Shown here piece after piece: positions 61,378 through 64,000 of a stretch of 64,000 nt of DNA (positions are counted from its first letter, which is position 1; the number at the start of each line of letters is the position of its first letter). This DNA is from an uncultured Gammaproteobacteria bacterium (lineage in GTDB: Bacteria; Patescibacteriota; Microgenomatia; Levybacterales; UBA12049). The notes below the pieces were generated by a model. That model did not search any database. It was given only the letters and a program-made list of their open reading frames with translations, and had not been told where the DNA came from. Location: NCBI GenBank assembly GCA_964525395.1, contig CAZGGU010000002.1:30263-94262 (forward strand), in the 5' to 3' direction. Both the position numbers and the translations under genes were made by a program.

Positions 61378-62415
61378 CTAATTCTCTACTTCTTTAGAGT
61401 AAGGAGCAGATCTTGTCAGAGAAGGATTGTTTGGCAGATTGATGAATGGACAGATCCGATTCTTCTGCGCCATAACGAACTGACCGGCAAGAATGATTGC
61501 GGGGGTGCCGTGTTCAATCTTGGAAGCCGGAAGACTGCTCTGTGTCTGGTATCGTTTGCGCAAAATGCGCGAGTGGTTCCAATCCTTGATCCTATCAAAA
61601 AAGAATATCGTCAAAACAATTAGGAAACTAATTCCAAAAACAAAAGCTACAACTGCTGTCAGGATAAGAATCCAACTCAGCGTACGTTCGACTCCTACTA
61701 GAAAGAAGGAGAAAACGATTGTGCCTGCTGCAGCCACGCTCCAAGGATAGATCACCTTAAATCGACCTTGAAACCAAAACCAACCTACGATATTTCGACC
61801 GTATCTTAGGTTTGTCCATTCGTTGAATTTGAAAATAGGCCAGCAAGGAGCCAAAAACAGAACGGCTAGCAGGTAAAACAATTTGTCAAAGAATGAAATT
61901 ACTGTTCTTACCCAACGCTTGTGCTTATTGTTTTCCATATATGAAATTAGTAGAAAGGATGAAATTGCTATCATGCCGATTGTGGTAAAGAATATCACCA
62001 TGAAAATTGTAAAAAAGAACTTATCAGGAGCGATCAGATAAACGACCATACTACTCAGGGTGATGATGACAGAGAGTGCGATCATCCAGAGTCGGACTGC
62101 TCTATAAAGACGAGCTTTGAAAAACCAAAAAATTGGTGCCCAAATCAGTACAACACGCATGTAGTGGCAGAGATTTTCTGCATAGCCTTGTCGGACTCTA
62201 CCGCCTTGGTTCATCCACCAGAGATAGACGCGATAGTGCCAGGAATTCTGGTTTACCGACATTGACTTGCGGTGTCGATCCACAGGATTTCCCGTGAATG
62301 ACATGTTTTTCGCACTCCTTTCTCTGTAGATATAGATTACTTCGCAAAATTTAAACGTGCATATAACCTCCAGTAGTTGGCCGCATTTGGCCAGGCTGTG
62401 ATTAAGTTTGAGCAT
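61378..62415 (-). CDS. polytopic membrane protein of unknown function (start probably internal)
   Basis: >=7 hydrophobic segments; overlapping + strand ORF 61303..61623 judged spurious. Confidence 0.35.
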   Translation of the reverse strand: MLKLNHSLAKCGQLLEVICTFKFCEVIYIYRERSAKNMSFTGNPVDRHRKSMSVNQNSWHYRVYLWWMNQGGRVRQGYAENLCHYMRVVLIWAPIFWFFKARLYRAVRLWMIALSVIITLSSMVVYLIAPDKFFFTIFMVIFFTTIGMIAISSFLLISYMENNKHKRWVRTVISFFDKLFYLLAVLFLAPCWPIFKFNEWTNLRYGRNIVGWFWFQGRFKVIYPWSVAAAGTIVFSFFLVGVERTLSWILILTAVVAFVFGISFLIVLTIFFFDRIKDWNHSRILRKRYQTQSSLPASKIEHGTPAIILAGQFVMAQKNRICPFINLPNNPSLTRSAPYSKEVEN

Positions 62416-62485
62416 TCTATCAAACTATAAGTCAGAAAACAATTAAAGCATTGAAATGTTGGCTTCATAAGATTATATTTCCCAC

Positions 62486-63115
62486 ATGAGCGAATTTAAT
62501 GAGCGCGATGTAGTATTTTTGAAGCAGGCTGGTGAAGCAGTGGTTGATCCAATATATCCAGGTCTTCTAGAAGGTATTTTAAGGCTAAAGCAAGAAGGTG
62601 TAGGGAGGTCTATTGTGATGGATAGAGCGAATGAAGTGGGGAAAACGGTACGAAGAGATGTGGGATATATTCTTCCATTAAAGCCTGATCAATCTCAGCA
62701 TTTGGTAATTTTCGTTAATGGTGGAATTTGCATAACTGAACCAAGTGATCCGAAAGAGAAAGCAGTTTACAAAGCAAAGATGCAACCAAACAATAGATCT
62801 CTCTCTGTAAATTTAGATGTCTCTATGGAAGATTTAATTCGTTTATGGATGGATGGTAGTACTTTTTTGAAATCAAAAGTAATAGTAGCAAATGAGAATG
62901 AAGAATCAGTCCCAGTGATTAATAAAGCAATTCAAGATGCGATTTTAATAGCTTTTGAGCTCAGAGACCAGAGAAGAGAAGCGCATCAGTCAAGTATTTC
63001 TCAGACCGCAGCAGAGCTTGTAAGAGTGCTTGATATTACATTTGATACACACTTATCAGACTCAGAAATAGAGGGTCTTGAAGTTTCTCCAGACCAAGAT
63101 GAGGAAATTGCTTAA
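62486..63115 (+). CDS. hypothetical protein (209 aa)
   Basis: ORF with acidic C-terminus; no motif recognised. Confidence 0.3.
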   Translation: MSEFNERDVVFLKQAGEAVVDPIYPGLLEGILRLKQEGVGRSIVMDRANEVGKTVRRDVGYILPLKPDQSQHLVIFVNGGICITEPSDPKEKAVYKAKMQPNNRSLSVNLDVSMEDLIRLWMDGSTFLKSKVIVANENEESVPVINKAIQDAILIAFELRDQRREAHQSSISQTAAELVRVLDITFDTHLSDSEIEGLEVSPDQDEEIA

Positions 63116-63257
63116 TTTGTTGCGGGGCTAGGAGTTGCGCCTAGCCTGTGAGATTATGAGCCTCACGTGCACTGTACACTACCCCGCGCGTAATGAGTAT
63201 TATAGCACTTGATTAGCCTCGGGTCAAACCTATAAAGTTTAATTTAGCCTTGATTTC

Positions 63258-63266
63258 TGTTATAAT
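63258..63266 (+). promoter_or_regulatory. extended -10 element TGTTATAAT upstream of tRNA
   Basis: tgttataat 11 nt before tRNA 5' end. Confidence 0.45.
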
Positions 63267-63277
63267 TATCGAGACTT

Positions 63278-63352
63278 GGCTGCGTAGCTCAGTGGTAGAG
63301 CGGTGTCTTCATAAGGCAATGGTCGCAGGTTCGAACCCCGCCGCAGCCACCA
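63278..63352 (+). tRNA. tRNA with CAU anticodon (Met or lysidine-Ile), CCA encoded
   Basis: GGCTGCG-TA-GCTC-AGTGGTA-GAGC-G-GTGTC-TTCATAA-GGCAA-TGGTC-GCAGG-TTCGAAC-CCCGC-CGCAGCC-A-CCA; one mismatch each in anticodon and T stems. Confidence 0.55.
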
Positions 63353-63365
63353 AATCACCCCAACT

Positions 63366-64000
63366 ATGAATATTGATCAACTAAAAAATAAAAAAATTGC
63401 AGTAATTGGTGAAGGAGTAGAGGGAAAATCTTCTTTTGAATATCTTAAATCACAAGGCGCAGATGCAGAAGTCTTAGATCAAGCGCAGGGTGAAGATTAC
63501 TTAAATGATCTTGATCGTTTTGATTTGATTGTTCGTTCGCCAGGCGTTAAGGCTTTAGACCTCCAAAAATTAGTAGATCCTAAAAAAATAACTTCTCAGA
63601 CTAAATTATTTTTTGAACTTGCTCCAACTAAAAATATTATTGGAGTAACAGGTACGAAAGGAAAGGGAACTACTTCTACTCTTATTTATGAAATGTTAAA
63701 AGCAGCTGGATTTGATGTCTATCTAGGGGGAAATATTGGTGTTCCACCTTTTAATTTCATGGATAAATTGACACCTGAATCATGGGTAGTTTTGGAAATG
63801 TCGTCATTTCAGCTTCAGGATCTTCAAAAAAGCCCGCATATTGCAGTCATGCTTATGGTGACATCGGAACATCTTGATTACCACAGCGATATCGAGGAGT
63901 ATATTGAGGCGAAGAGGAATATTCTATCCCACCAGACCACAGATGATATCGCAATAGTAAATAGAGATTATCCAGCCTCGAATGAATCCGATATATATAC
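63366..64000 (+). CDS. murD: UDP-N-acetylmuramoylalanine--D-glutamate ligase (3'-partial, runs off window)
   Basis: KKIAVIGEGVEGKSSFEYL...DLIVRSPGV...IGVTGTKGKGTTSTLI Mur ligase N-domain and P-loop; no stop before window end. Confidence 0.75.
   Translation, partial: MNIDQLKNKKIAVIGEGVEGKSSFEYLKSQGADAEVLDQAQGEDYLNDLDRFDLIVRSPGVKALDLQKLVDPKKITSQTKLFFELAPTKNIIGVTGTKGKGTTSTLIYEMLKAAGFDVYLGGNIGVPPFNFMDKLTPESWVVLEMSSFQLQDLQKSPHIAVMLMVTSEHLDYHSDIEEYIEAKRNILSHQTTDDIAIVNRDYPASNESDIY

Noticed and set aside
61303-61623. 106-aa + strand ORF
   Set aside because: Overlaps the 3' end of the polytopic membrane-protein gene on the minus strand. It is Arg/Cys-rich with no motif. The membrane-protein ORF is longer and has a coherent hydropathy pattern.
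1-64000. CRISPR array search
   Set aside because: No series of regularly spaced direct repeats was found. The only periodic repeats are the coding repeats in PBP1A and the LTD protein.

Overview
AT-rich, gene-dense bacterial chromosome segment with hallmarks of a reduced Gram-positive-like/Patescibacteria (CPR)-type genome. Main contents:

1. Replication origin neighbourhood. The gene order is rpmH-rnpA-yidD-yidC-jag (minus strand) | dnaA-dnaN (plus strand). Perfect TTATCCACA DnaA boxes sit upstream of dnaA (one inside the first dnaA codons) and in the dnaA-dnaN spacer.

2. T4SS-like module (~12.6-28.6 kb). Directly convergent on dnaN lies a ~16-kb, tightly coupled minus-strand operon. In transcription order (5'->3') it encodes:
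- an ATPase-wHTH regulator;
- an outer-membrane/secreted Cys-rich protein fused to a pilin domain;
- three tandem VirB2/TrbC-like pilin paralogs;
- a PrgI/VirB3-like protein;
- a VirB4 ATPase split into two translationally coupled ORFs;
- a bitopic Rpf/transglycosylase-like cell-wall hydrolase;
- a secreted HExxH protein;
- a membrane protein.
It is flanked by a VirB6/TrbL-like polytopic membrane protein and a divergently transcribed 1037-aa tail-anchored protein with a poly-Gly tail. A VirD4-like coupling ATPase sits ~30 kb away, next to tRNA-Ile, a partial tRNA duplication and a tyrosine recombinase.

3. tRNAs. Seven are called, including four tRNA-Ser isoacceptors; two have att-like partial duplications.

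4. Other RNA and regulatory elements:
- a tmRNA candidate next to smpB;
- a candidate cobalamin riboswitch between B12-dependent nrdJ and a PduO-type adenosyltransferase;
- paired NrdR boxes.

5. Housekeeping and envelope genes: valS, rnhA, comFC, rpe, pgk, two tandem class-A PBPs, a SpoIID-like protein, a CvpA-CAP fusion, ftsB/divIC, and murD (partial).

No CRISPR array was seen.
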